Below, in pieces: positions 28,526 through 39,604 of a stretch of 64,000 nucleotides of DNA (positions are counted from its first letter, which is position 1; each line of letters starts with the position of its first letter). A program made the position numbers and the translations under genes. The notes under the pieces are model-generated. The model searched no databases and had not been told where the DNA came from. It saw only the letters and a list, made by a program, of their open reading frames with translations. The stretch lies in NCBI GenBank assembly GCA_051546255.1, contig CP128816.1, forward strand, positions 124,001-188,000, read 5' to 3'. Source of the stretch: Meyerozyma guilliermondii. Its lineage: Eukaryota.

Positions 28526-30235
28526 ATGTGGAGATTACGAGTTTCCGGTAAAAATGGCAAAATCTTGAGTTTTGGCCAAAAAAAATCATCCTCACTATTT
28601 TTCGCCACCAAATTTCCCCATATTAGAACCCTTGCAGGACAATCTACCGGTAAAATCAGCACCCGAACTTCGCTGCGGAGCCGAAAGTATGTTGCTGTTG
28701 CCGCTGGAGTCGTGGCAACCACCGCTGGTGCTTATTACATCGATACCAATTATTTGTCATCCACGGCAGTTCGCTCTATCAAAGCATTCTATGTCCTTAT
28801 GTGGATAGCATACGAATATTCTCGGAACTCAGACAAGTACGAGCGCCTGGAAGATCTCCACGAAGCCACCGCAGAGGCATTGCTCCAACTTTTGATGGAA
28901 AATAAAGGATTATACATCAAGCTCGGTCAGGCCATCGCCAACCAAGGGTCGATTTTTCCCATCGCCTACCAGAAAAGGTTCTCCAAACTCTATGACGAAG
29001 CGCCCATAACCCCCTGGAACAAGGTGGATAAGGTTTTGCGCGAGGAATTGGGCGAAAACTACAGTGAAATTGTGCAAGTTGACAAGAACCCCATTGCTAG
29101 TGCATCCATTGCTCAGGTTCACCGTGGTCGCTTGTCTACCGGAGAAGATGTGGCGGTCAAGGTGCAACACTACTACATGAAAAACCAGATAGTTGCCGAT
29201 CTTTTGATGTACCGACTCATTTCTCGTATCTATGAGTACGTTTTTGAGCTCCCAATGACAATGTTCACAAGATACGTTCTGGACCAGATGCACCACGAGA
29301 CGAGCTTTATCCAGGAGAGAAAGAACGGTGACAAGTTGGCGCAAATGATTGCGCAAGACAAAAGCGCCAAGGCATTGAACGTACATGTTCCTCGAACATA
29401 TCCCGATGTTCTGACGGATCGAGTTTTGATCACCGAATGGATCGATGGAGTCTCGATGGTTTCTCGCAAAAGGATGGAGGCTGCTGGGTACAATGTAGCC
29501 ACGGCCATGACTCAGTACCTCAGTCTTTTTGGCAGACAATTTTTCAAGTATGGGTTTGTTCATTCCGATCCGCATCCTGGTAATTTGATGGTTCGTTTTG
29601 ACAGCAACAAAAAGCAACAGTTGGTGATCTTGGACCATGGGTTGTACATCACTCTCCCGGACAAGTTTCGGTGCCAGTTCCGAGACTTGTGGCAGTACAT
29701 TTTTTCTCTCAATACGAAGGGAATTCAGCAAATTTCTGAAGACTGGGGTATCGGATCGTCGCAAATGTTCACCACGATGGTGACACTTCGACCTCCGCCC
29801 GAAGGCAGCCCGGGACACATACCTCCACACATGTCGAATACCAGCGATATGAAGAGTTTATTCAAAGACTTTTTGAGCGACGAGAAACGGTTTCCGATGG
29901 AATTGCTCTTCTTGATGCGAACGCAGCGCATGATTCAGAACCTAAATCTCCAGATGGGAAGTCCCGTGAACCGGATCAACCTTTTCACGAAGGAGCTGGT
30001 GGACGCTGCGTTGTCGGAGCACCAGCAATGGACAACATGGTTGGGCTTGTGGAGAGTAAGAGTGGCACTTTTGTTGAGCGATGTGGTGTTCTGGATCTTC
30101 CACATCAAACAGTTGATTAGCGGCCGGCACGATGCGTCTGACGGCATAGAGCGCTACATCATGGACTTTACCAAGGACTCGTCGCGTGCTATGGGCTTTG
30201 ACGTGTGGGACGGCGACGACGAGGTGATATACTAG
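28526..30235 (+). CDS. MCP2: UbiB/ABC1 atypical kinase, Mcp2/Cqd2-type
   Basis: GLYIKLGQ (KxGQ), IASASIAQVH, VAVKVQH, VHSDPHPGN, ILDHGL; mitochondrial presequence. Confidence 0.85.
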   Translation: MWRLRVSGKNGKILSFGQKKSSSLFFATKFPHIRTLAGQSTGKISTRTSLRSRKYVAVAAGVVATTAGAYYIDTNYLSSTAVRSIKAFYVLMWIAYEYSRNSDKYERLEDLHEATAEALLQLLMENKGLYIKLGQAIANQGSIFPIAYQKRFSKLYDEAPITPWNKVDKVLREELGENYSEIVQVDKNPIASASIAQVHRGRLSTGEDVAVKVQHYYMKNQIVADLLMYRLISRIYEYVFELPMTMFTRYVLDQMHHETSFIQERKNGDKLAQMIAQDKSAKALNVHVPRTYPDVLTDRVLITEWIDGVSMVSRKRMEAAGYNVATAMTQYLSLFGRQFFKYGFVHSDPHPGNLMVRFDSNKKQQLVILDHGLYITLPDKFRCQFRDLWQYIFSLNTKGIQQISEDWGIGSSQMFTTMVTLRPPPEGSPGHIPPHMSNTSDMKSLFKDFLSDEKRFPMELLFLMRTQRMIQNLNLQMGSPVNRINLFTKELVDAALSEHQQWTTWLGLWRVRVALLLSDVVFWIFHIKQLISGRHDASDGIERYIMDFTKDSSRAMGFDVWDGDDEVIY

Positions 30236-30293
30236 ACATTGTACATAGACATATTAACGTGGGTGCACTGGGTGCGCTCATTGGGTTCTGATG

Positions 30294-30301
30294 CTCATCG
30301 C
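30294..30301 (-). promoter_or_regulatory. PAC element upstream of UTP13
   Basis: CTCATCGC (GCGATGAG on the minus strand) just upstream of a ribosome-biogenesis gene. Confidence 0.55.
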
Positions 30302-30327
30302 GGAAAGTTGGTGAAGATTGAAGACGA

Positions 30328-32670
30328 ATGAACACAGTGAGTTTCCGCCACCGGGACATCGAGCCTTTTTTCGTGGACAGCAGTGCTGCGTGCATGTCGC
30401 AGGACGGGCACATAGTCGCCACGTCGTCTGGGGAGGATGTTTCCATTGTGGATGTGGAGAAACAGGCGATTTTGGCGAAAGTTGATGGCGACGGCGAGCA
30501 AATTTCTTCACTTATCATCACACCCGACGGCCGTTACGTGGGTATTTTCTCGCAGTCGCAGCAGTTCAGGGTGTGGGATGTGGCCAGCGGGTCTGTAAAG
30601 TCCACAATACGGCTGTCGGCGCCGATATTCATGAGTCGAGCCGACCCAACTTCGACACTTTTTGCATTTGGAGGTTCGGATGGAGTGGTGACGGTGTGGG
30701 ACGTTGAAGGCGGGTATGTGACACACTCATTCAAGGGCCACGGAACCACGATTTGTTCCTTGGCGTTTTTTGGTGACAATGGAACCGCCGACTGGCGGCT
30801 AGCATCCGGTGACATAATGGGTACCGTCAAGGTTTGGGACCTTGTGAAACGGAAATGTGTAGCCACGATCCGTGAGCACAGCTCTGCGGTCCGAGGGGTC
30901 TCTTTTGATGCAAATGGACAACTTGTGACTGGAGGAAGAGACCAGGTGGTGGTGGTATACTCGGACAAGTACCGGCCTATCAAGTCGTTTCCGGTTCGGC
31001 ACCAGGTGGAGGCGGTAGGGTTTGTTACTGTGGGCGGAGAGGAGTGTATCTACAGCGCTGGAAGCGGATCTACGTTGTGGGTTTGGGACAGAAATGGAAC
31101 CATGGTGGGCCATCTGACCAAGATGCTCGAAACCACCGAAGAGTTGATGGTGACAGATGTGTTTGCGCGAGACCAGGGTGTGTGGTTAGTGATGAGCGAC
31201 CAGACTTTGGTGGAGGTTTCTCTATTTCCCGAGCAAAAAGATGGAGTTTTGGAGTTTCCGGTGGTACAACGTTTAGCAGGAAACCACGGCACAGTAGCAG
31301 ATATTTGTTATGTGGGATCCAGCCGCAACTTGCTAGCATTGGCCACCAACTCTCCAGCACTTCGAATCATGGATCCAGCAGCTCCATTGGCGGTGAAACT
31401 CTGCGAAACTCACACCGATTTGCTCAACGCTTTGGCGGTGCTGAGCGACGGATTGTGGATAGCCACGGCAGGAAAAGATGGTTTGGCGGTGTTGTGGCAG
31501 TGGACCGATGATCAAGAGCTGTTTGTGGTGCACTCGACGTACCATGGGCACGCCGGGAGCGTGACAGCGGTGGCTCTCAGTCAGGAAAATCCACCAAAAT
31601 TTTTGATTACGGGCTCCGACGACTTGACGATAAAGAAGTGGGTAGTTCCGAGCGAGAAGAACAAGCTCCAAAATTCTTCCGTGAAAGTCGCCCAGTTCAC
31701 CAGACGGGCTCATGAAAAAGATATCAACAGCATAGCGGTTTCGCCCAACGACGAGTTTTTTGCGTCTGCTTCGTACGACAAAACCGCCAAAATATGGAGC
31801 ACTACTACTGGTGATACTGTGGGAGTACTAAAGGGCCATAGAAGAGGGCTCTGGAACATTGAATTTTGCCAGTATGCGCCGATGGTGGTGACGAGTTCCG
31901 GTGACAAAACCGCCAAAGTATGGTCACTTCAAGACTACACATGCATTGCAACACTCGAGGGCCATACTAATGGAGTCCAGAGAGCCATTTTCGTACGAGA
32001 TAACAACCAAATTGTCACCTGTGGAGCCGATGGACTTGTTAAAATATGGACTACAAATGGTGAAATTTTGGCTACTCTCGACAACCACGAGAACCGGATC
32101 TGGGCATTAGCAGCTAAGGATAACGGTCAGGAGTTGGTAACGTGTGACGGCGATGGATATATGACGATTTGGACCGATAATAGTGAAGAGACTCGGATGG
32201 AAAATGAAGCAGAATCGCGAAAACGAGTCGAACAAGAACAGAAATTACGCAATTGCATCGACCAAAAAGACTACAGTGGAGCATTTCTTCTTGCATTGAC
32301 TTTGGACCATCCAATGAGACTTTATCTGGTGGTTCGTTCAAGTATGGAACTGGGTCCAGATTCGCAACTGCTGTTTCTCGGGCTGAAATCGCTTGAAAAT
32401 ACCATTTCTGCACTTACAGATGATCAGATCTTGTTGGTGATGAAGAGAGCACGAGAATGGAATGTTAATTTTAAAACATTCGACGTAAGTCAGAGGTTGG
32501 TACGGGTTATTCTTGCCCAATTTGCACCCACCAGACTTACATCAATTCGCGGAATGGTTCCGTTGGTGGATGGATTGGTTGCGTATAATGAACGGCATTA
32601 CTCGCGCATAGAGTCACTAATTGAACAGAGTTATATGCTAGATTACGCAGTGGCAGGTATGGGTAAGTAG
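30328..32670 (+). CDS. UTP13: U3 snoRNP/SSU processome WD40 protein
   Basis: Many WD repeats; THSFKGH, LALATNSP, FTRRAHEKDIN, LKGHRRGLW; C-terminal LALTLDHPMRL and YNERHYSR Utp13 domain. Confidence 0.93.
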   Translation: MNTVSFRHRDIEPFFVDSSAACMSQDGHIVATSSGEDVSIVDVEKQAILAKVDGDGEQISSLIITPDGRYVGIFSQSQQFRVWDVASGSVKSTIRLSAPIFMSRADPTSTLFAFGGSDGVVTVWDVEGGYVTHSFKGHGTTICSLAFFGDNGTADWRLASGDIMGTVKVWDLVKRKCVATIREHSSAVRGVSFDANGQLVTGGRDQVVVVYSDKYRPIKSFPVRHQVEAVGFVTVGGEECIYSAGSGSTLWVWDRNGTMVGHLTKMLETTEELMVTDVFARDQGVWLVMSDQTLVEVSLFPEQKDGVLEFPVVQRLAGNHGTVADICYVGSSRNLLALATNSPALRIMDPAAPLAVKLCETHTDLLNALAVLSDGLWIATAGKDGLAVLWQWTDDQELFVVHSTYHGHAGSVTAVALSQENPPKFLITGSDDLTIKKWVVPSEKNKLQNSSVKVAQFTRRAHEKDINSIAVSPNDEFFASASYDKTAKIWSTTTGDTVGVLKGHRRGLWNIEFCQYAPMVVTSSGDKTAKVWSLQDYTCIATLEGHTNGVQRAIFVRDNNQIVTCGADGLVKIWTTNGEILATLDNHENRIWALAAKDNGQELVTCDGDGYMTIWTDNSEETRMENEAESRKRVEQEQKLRNCIDQKDYSGAFLLALTLDHPMRLYLVVRSSMELGPDSQLLFLGLKSLENTISALTDDQILLVMKRAREWNVNFKTFDVSQRLVRVILAQFAPTRLTSIRGMVPLVDGLVAYNERHYSRIESLIEQSYMLDYAVAGMGK

Positions 32671-33569
32671 GGTAGTTTAAGGGAAGTTTAAGAATACGAG
32701 CCATGCACGTTGGCGTACGGTTATGTAATGAGCCGCAGTAATCGAAGCACCTTGGCTGATAGATATCACACCACCAACATTCGGCGCTGTACCCATTAGG
32801 AAAGATGCGATCGGATAAGGGAAGGAGCAACCCGTGCACGCAATTAGCGTGACAGAGAACAATGCTCGGTTGTGCGGCGTCGCGCCCAATCACCGAGTCT
32901 TGCCGGGGCAACCATGCGTGAACCATGCGTAATTGTGCATCGGTGGCAGGGGGTTTCTACGTCGCATCTTATTCGACATATACGCGGTTATTATCGGGAG
33001 ATTTACCAGCAAACCTAAAAGTTTGATTATTTAGGTGGAAGATGCATGAGCCGCACCAAATGTATTATTTCTTCCCAGTTTTTGCGCCTGTGCAGAAGAA
33101 AGGAACAGCAATTGCAGGAATCGCCAACTCTAAGCGAGTGGGGGAAGGAGCGACGTAAGACCGCCGACAAGTCCGCAGCCAGCGTTGGGTTTTATGCATA
33201 ATAGGGGATGCGGGCTGGCCCCCTTGAAAATTTTGAGGCTCCAATTTCCAGTCAAATTGCTTCTTGATCTCCATCCAATTAGGAGCAACAATATTTTTTG
33301 AAACGGCGATCGATACTACAGATCTGTTTCATGTTTCGGCGACTCCTGCAGACACAAGATTAGCGAACGCCCGGATTAGGTTTGTGACGTCAAGCATCTT
33401 GCATATGCAACCTATGCAGCCACACATTCTGGATGCAAAATGGAAACTCGATCAATGGCCCGCGGCTAAAATGGAAGCTACATTGGGATGCGTTAGGCAC
33501 ATTGGTACCACATTGCGATGCATTGGGAAGCAGAAATTATTAAAAATAGGTTGCATTGATACGCATATA

Positions 33570-34613
33570 CTAATTAGTAAGATCATGAACCGATACTCTA
33601 TGAGACTTCGAGCCCTGCTCGAGATTAGGCAGAGGAGTAGTCTCCTCTAATTTTGTATCAGATTCATGGTCTCGTTTCTTGGTCTTTTGATTGGTACATT
33701 CGTAACCCAAACATACTTTTTTCGACCTTTCACAATTAAAACAGTGAGGTTTTCTTTCATCACATTTTATGCGTCGCTTGCGGCACGTCAAACATCCGGT
33801 TCTGGTCCGACGCTTTATTATGCGGCGACGATTGATTAATGCATTGTTCTCGTCAAAAGATCCGAGCACATGCAGTGGAGGAGCCCCCCAAATTTTTGTG
33901 GTATTATCCTGAAAATGAGGGGCTCCAAAGTAATACTGGGGATAAGGAGGTGGGTAGGGTCCTGTGGGAGGAAAGTGGGGATGTGCCATATGTGGAGGTG
34001 CGCCGCTATAATCGAGGCCGGGCCCATTAGGAGGTGGGGGATATGCGTAAGCAGTCATGTAGGTATTAGGAGCGCTATGCGGGCCAGTATGCTGGCCAGT
34101 ATGCGGAGCACTGTGTGGGCCCTGTGGGCCTTGTGGGATATGCGGGCCTTGTTGGCCGTGCGAAGTAGGAGGGGCATGCGCCGGGATCAGACGCGGCAGC
34201 ACCATGGCGGGGCCAAAGTTGGGCGATGTGTTATACGAACCGGGGGTAATCAGGGTCGCCGATGGATTTCGAGAAAGCAGTTCGATCGACGAACTGATCG
34301 ACGATCGCGGTTGATGGGGGTAATGCTGCACGGGCGCAACTTGAGGACCGGTTTTCCTAGATGGTGGGAGACTAAAGTAATCTGCCGAGGGTTCCAGCCT
34401 TCGGTGATGCTGAGTTGCGTGGGGTACTGGCAAAATTTGGTCGGAAGGTGATGTAGTTGGTGGCGGTTGATATTGTTCGAGTCGAGGAAGAGAATTAACT
34501 TCCGGTGTTCTTGGATCATTTCCGGGGGCAATGGGTGATTTATGACCGGAATGAGGAGCCGGTTGTTGTTGGGTGGTTACCATCAATTCGAACACCGACG
34601 GAAGTTGGGGCAT
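33570..34613 (-). CDS. WOR2: Zn2Cys6 transcription factor with C-terminal cluster (white-opaque regulator 2-like)
   Basis: [39 protein letters not shown] near the C-terminus. N-terminal [10 protein letters not shown] resembles my recollection of the C. albicans Wor2 start. An alternative upstream ATG lies at 34724. Confidence 0.7.
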   Translation of the reverse strand: MPQLPSVFELMVTTQQQPAPHSGHKSPIAPGNDPRTPEVNSLPRLEQYQPPPTTSPSDQILPVPHATQHHRRLEPSADYFSLPPSRKTGPQVAPVQHYPHQPRSSISSSIELLSRNPSATLITPGSYNTSPNFGPAMVLPRLIPAHAPPTSHGQQGPHIPQGPQGPHSAPHTGQHTGPHSAPNTYMTAYAYPPPPNGPGLDYSGAPPHMAHPHFPPTGPYPPPYPQYYFGAPHFQDNTTKIWGAPPLHVLGSFDENNALINRRRIIKRRTRTGCLTCRKRRIKCDERKPHCFNCERSKKVCLGYECTNQKTKKRDHESDTKLEETTPLPNLEQGSKSHRVSVHDLTN

Positions 34614-35420
34614 ATCTTGATATGTCCGAGGGAGCAGACAAGTCCGAGGATTGGAGGTGGTGACAGTGGGGGAAACGGCAGTGGCGCCTTTATTGGTATG
34701 ACCGACCGGAAGTAAATATTCCATGTACAAGCGCAAAGCAATTTACTATATTGGCTGCAATAAAAGATTCTCACCGGAAATGTTCGCGTTTATATTTTCA
34801 AAAATGATACCACCCCAAACCCCTCATACGCACAGACGCAAAAAAAAAAATTAAGAAATCATGGCTATAACTACATATGCGGATGCAGATTTAGACACCA
34901 AATACATTGACCCTAAGACACCCCGCCTAAACGAAGAAGCATTTACTTAAGATTTTAGCACCGTGGCGCCGCATGCACCTACAGATGCATGCATAATTGC
35001 CCGCAAGGCTGCACCTGCAAAAAAAACTCATTCGCGTAAATTTTCCCTTCTTCGCGATATCCTTCGTACAGGCAGGTTGAATTTGTATGACTTTACAATG
35101 TGGCCGTGGCACCGGTGCGCAACTTTGCGTGCGGCGGATTGACTTGCCTAGTTTTCTCATGCAATAACCCTCCCACTGGTTGTGCATAAAAATAAGCTAT
35201 TTCGAACCATCATTATACATACGCATACATGCCACCAAGATTATGCCACCAAGTAGTAACCATCAGTCAAACCATCAGTCTGTAATTTATCAATGCGTAA
35301 AAATAGTTCAGTCACGAGCCCACCCACGCCGTGCGGCTCGCCCGATCTTCATTGCAAAATATCTGCGTGGCAACGGAAAACGCACCTTTAGCCTAAATTT
35401 TCGCCTCAACTTGGCCCGCC

Positions 35421-36788
35421 TCATTGCTGATTAACTTGATCATCATAAAAAGGACATTCCCATGGCGGGTAAAGCAAAACCACCTGTGGAACCAATATTG
35501 CGTTTGAAGCTGCGCCGCGCCTGCCACCGATTTTCATTGCGTCATTATTGTCACAGTCGGCGCCGTTGATTCCGCTTCTGCTGCCGATGTCTGTATCAGT
35601 CGCCACTTCGGTCGCCGTACTTAAATATGCATAGTGCAGTAAATCTATCTCCAGCAGGCCGGTACTGGTACAGTTTGTTTCTGCCAAGACCCTCGGAGTC
35701 GTCACCCCCACAGTTATGCGCGCTGCCCCCACTTGAACTAATTCGGCGAGTGGTCCGATATCATTGAAATTTTCAAGATGTATCCATACTTTGGTAATAG
35801 ACCAATCGATCGTCAGTAAGATCGCCGCAATTGTCATTATCACGGTCGCATTGACGTCATCGTCCGACTTTGGTGGTGATGCATTTTTAGCGATAATGCT
35901 TACAGCTTGTAACCCTTCATGCATTGACCTCCGGGCCCGAATCAATTTCGCTTCGCAATATAGCGCCAAGAGTGCATGATGTACATCGGTATATGCGTCG
36001 TCATGTACGTCGGAATGATGTACATGACCATGACCAACATCGTCATGTATATCATCATGTATGTCGTCGAGAACAACCATTAGCGTAGTCACAGTAGCCG
36101 CTAAAAGTCGGTTCACAACACCCACCAACCGCTTTAACCCCCGATGGGGCCGGAGCGTCACTTTCAAAACCCGAAGCCGTTTAAATTCTAGGGTCCCTAT
36201 CAAATCAATCACATCCAAATTACTCACATCCAACTCCAAAGTTTCCACATTGGCTGCTAATTCGCGCCCCAACACCACCGCCAGATTACCAACAATCAAC
36301 TCCCGTAATTTCGACACATGATCCCACCCAACAAAATTGTCGGTATCAGCATTTTCGAGCCGAGTCCAACGGCTCGCTACCTCCGCTACTCGTATACTGG
36401 GCGGCAACCACACCCGGCGCATGTTGATGCAGCCCGCGATAATCTTGTGATATTGCGGCGGCACCACCACCCACTGTGCAGGTGCGTAACGTACGTCAAT
36501 CTCCTCCACAAGCGGCTGAAGCCACGCATTGCGCTCAAGCGCATGCATGATTTGGTGCCACTGCTCCTCAGTTTGAAAGATCAGTTTTTTATTTGTAATT
36601 CGGTCATTCTGATATTTCCACTGCTGCGGTGAAACCGGATAGTAGCATATTCTTTGATAGAGTTTGGGAATCAACGTCCTGTACATAGTCCGGCTCGTTT
36701 GCGCCATACAAATCACAGATTTCCGCTCAGTAGCACCAATAATCTCATACAATACCCCTGGCGGAAGGCTTTCAAAGGTTGTTGGCAT
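35421..36788 (-). CDS. F-box/LRR-like protein with His/Asp-rich insert
   Basis: N-terminal FESLPPGVLYEII F-box-like motif, LxxLxL repeats (KLRELIV, NVETLEL, RLRVLKV) and a DDIHDD...HGHVHH tract. Confidence 0.7.
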   Translation of the reverse strand: MPTTFESLPPGVLYEIIGATERKSVICMAQTSRTMYRTLIPKLYQRICYYPVSPQQWKYQNDRITNKKLIFQTEEQWHQIMHALERNAWLQPLVEEIDVRYAPAQWVVVPPQYHKIIAGCINMRRVWLPPSIRVAEVASRWTRLENADTDNFVGWDHVSKLRELIVGNLAVVLGRELAANVETLELDVSNLDVIDLIGTLEFKRLRVLKVTLRPHRGLKRLVGVVNRLLAATVTTLMVVLDDIHDDIHDDVGHGHVHHSDVHDDAYTDVHHALLALYCEAKLIRARRSMHEGLQAVSIIAKNASPPKSDDDVNATVIMTIAAILLTIDWSITKVWIHLENFNDIGPLAELVQVGAARITVGVTTPRVLAETNCTSTGLLEIDLLHYAYLSTATEVATDTDIGSRSGINGADCDNNDAMKIGGRRGAASNAILVPQVVLLYPPWECPFYDDQVNQQ

Positions 36789-37039
36789 GTCATAAGATTT
36801 TCATGAGCTGAATTGTTAAAGAGTCGATTTGCCAAAATGAGAAGAATTTGAGTATGAAGAATGGTGGATCGAACTGTCTCTGGTTTACTCTTCCTTTACC
36901 TTTCTTGTTTCCTTCTTTATCTTCCTTTATTTGATTCACTTTCTTCTTCTTTGATTTCTGATTTGTCGCGCACCCAGACACCATCCTGCAGATACGCCAC
37001 GCGGTCATCAACAAAACAAATAAACATTTGTACCTTGCC

Positions 37040-39529
37040 ATGGATAAGGAGTACCTTGAGGAGGGTAAGTAGCGCAACACGTTCCAATTTTTGGATCAAG
37101 TACATTTGGAACCCCTGGGTTGACAACGCGTTCAATTCAAGATATATTGATCACTTTGTGACAAGTCATCTTCGGACCTCCGGCTGCAATTTTATTGTTA
37201 TTCCTATACTAACTCAGGTTTCGACCCAAAGTCTCTCAAGGTTGCCCAATTGCGTGGAATTTTGAATGAACACAACGTGGCGTACGCTTCGAATGCCAAG
37301 AAGGCAGAACTCGTGGATTTGTTTGACCGAAAAATCGCTCCAAAAGCAGCACAATTGTTGACCTCTCATCAGCAAAAAATGGAAAATGGATCTGGTGAAG
37401 GATTTGAAAACGTTAGTGAACTGCAATTGGAGACCCCAAAGCCTAAGAAAAAGCGCGGAAGACCGAAAAAAGTTTCCCCTAAAGACGAATCATCTCCAAT
37501 TGTGCCTCAGAAACGTACTCAAGAAGAGTCCAATGAGTCACTGAAAAAGAAGAAAACTTCGCCTCCGTCTCTGGCACCTTCAAGTGGAGCCAAGCGCAAC
37601 CGTGGACACTTGTTTGATGACAATTCGAGCTTTTCCGACGATGATTTTTTTGCGACTAAAATCAAGAGATCACCAGCAAAGTCGGCAATCAAAGAAAAGT
37701 TGGATCAGGTGAAGGAGGAGTCGCCAATTCGAAAGAAACAACAAAAGCAGCAAGTTGAAAGTCCTCAATTCAAAACCTTAAAGGAAGAAGAAGATAGCTT
37801 TGAGCATGGTCGTGCTCTTATAAAGGACCGTAAATTGGCGGAAATGGCCGCTGATTTGGGGGTAACCATTCATGGCACTCCGCCTAAAGACTTTAAGCTT
37901 GAGGAATCCAGTTTTGAGTCCAAAATTAGCGATACTCCAAAAAGAACACCAAGAAAATCGCCGTTGAAAAGTGCGTCTCTGACAGAAAAGAAGAAGACTC
38001 CCAAGACTCAGACGCCAGTGAAGAGCAGTTCGTCTCCCACGCTTTCTTTGAAGCTGACGCCAGCTAAAGACACGCCAAAGATTAAAGACACGCCAAAAGC
38101 TAAAGAAACTCCAAAAAGCTCGAAGGATACCCCAAAAGCTAGAGACACTCCAAAGGGCCACAAGGATACCCCAAAAAGCTCGAAAGTAACCCCAAAAAGC
38201 TCCAAGGTCACACCTAAAAGCTCGAAAGCGACTCCAAAGTCTGCGACGCCCAAGAGAACGCCTAGGAAGACCCCATCGAAAGGCTCGTCAACACCGAAAA
38301 AAGCGGAGAATTCTGTAATTGAAGAAGAATCTGACGACGAGTCGGATGAAGAGACGGATGAAACTCATCACAAGTCGTCCAATTCCCGCAAAAAGTCGTT
38401 CTGGTCGCCATTTTTCTTCATTTCTCTCTGGCTTTTGGCGGTGGTATACGGCCTTGGAGTGTTCTGGTACCGTGAACAACAATACCTCGTTGGCTACTGT
38501 GGCCAAGAAATCGAACAGGCAACGGTTCCACCTAATTCACATCCTTTGTTGGTGTCTGTTGGAGCCTATTTAGACGCCAATTTCAAACCCAGGTGTACTC
38601 CATGTCCTCCTCATGCCCGATGCTACCCATACTTGGAGCTTGGATGTTATGAGGATTTTGTGGAAACACAACCATGGTACTTCCGTCTTACTCCTACGTT
38701 ACACACCAATTTGAAAAGATGTGTTCCCGACACCAAAAAGGCAGAAAAGCTCGAGATCATGATCGATGTAGCATTAGACTTGTTGCGGTCGCGCAACGCA
38801 GAAAAGAATTGTGGAAGAACTTCCACCGATGACTTCGAGGCAGGCTTGAATTCCACTGAGCTCCATGATTTATTGTTGATGATGAAGGCTCCTTATATTA
38901 CTAGGGACGAGTTTGAAGAATTGTGGGAAAGATCAGTGATTGAATTGGAAAAAGAACCCGAAGTAATTGTAAGGCAAGTTAGCACATTTTCACCTTTTTC
39001 CCAACCTATACTAACCCAGACTGGATTCAGTGATGGCGTACGTGCCGGTATCGTTGACAACTCGTCAAAATCGCAGAAAACCTCGGACAAAATTCTTCGA
39101 TCAACGTCCTTATCAAACCTCAGTTTCAAATGCCGAATTCTGAATACGGTGATAGGGACGGTGGTTCACTACAAAGGAGTATTACTGGCCATGGTGGCGG
39201 TGTATTTTATTGTATTATATGTTCGGTACCGGATTCGCCAGTATAGATTACAGCGACTCCGGGTTGAGACCGTGTACTATGAAGTTCTTCGCAACCTCAA
39301 AAAACAGTATAACCTTGCGAAGCAAGACCCATCCATTCCCCTGTACATTGGGTCCACTCAGCTTCGTGATTTGATCTTGACCACTGAAAAGAACTTGAGT
39401 CGGAAGCTCAAGCTTTGGAACCGAGTGAGTTCGGAGGTGGAGAACAACTCCAATGTGCGGTACCATTTGGTGGAACATCATGGTGAGATCATGAAGGTGT
39501 GGGAGTGGATCACGGACGTGGATACGTGA
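37040..39529 (+). CDS. SRC1: Inner nuclear membrane LEM/HeH-MSC protein; spliced (exon 1 37040-37064, intron 37065-37217; second intron 38978 or 38974 to 39019)
   Basis: Spliced start MDKEYLEEG|FDPKSLKVAQLRGIL (HeH domain) via GTAAGT...TACTAACTCAG; TM1, GYCG, CTPCPPHARC, TM2, C-terminal QLRDLIL...WEW. Confidence 0.9.
38057..38302 (+). repeat. Coding array of about 14 TP(K) motifs in the Src1 nucleoplasmic linker
   Basis: DTPKIKDTPKAKETPKSSKDTPK...VTPKSSKVTPKSSKATPK; 18-21 bp imperfect units. Confidence 0.85.
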
Positions 39530-39604
39530 GCAACTCACTTCTTCAGTAGTTGTCTCCGTCAACCAGTACATAGCATAATAAACATTCAGTCTTTAATGAT
39601 TTTT

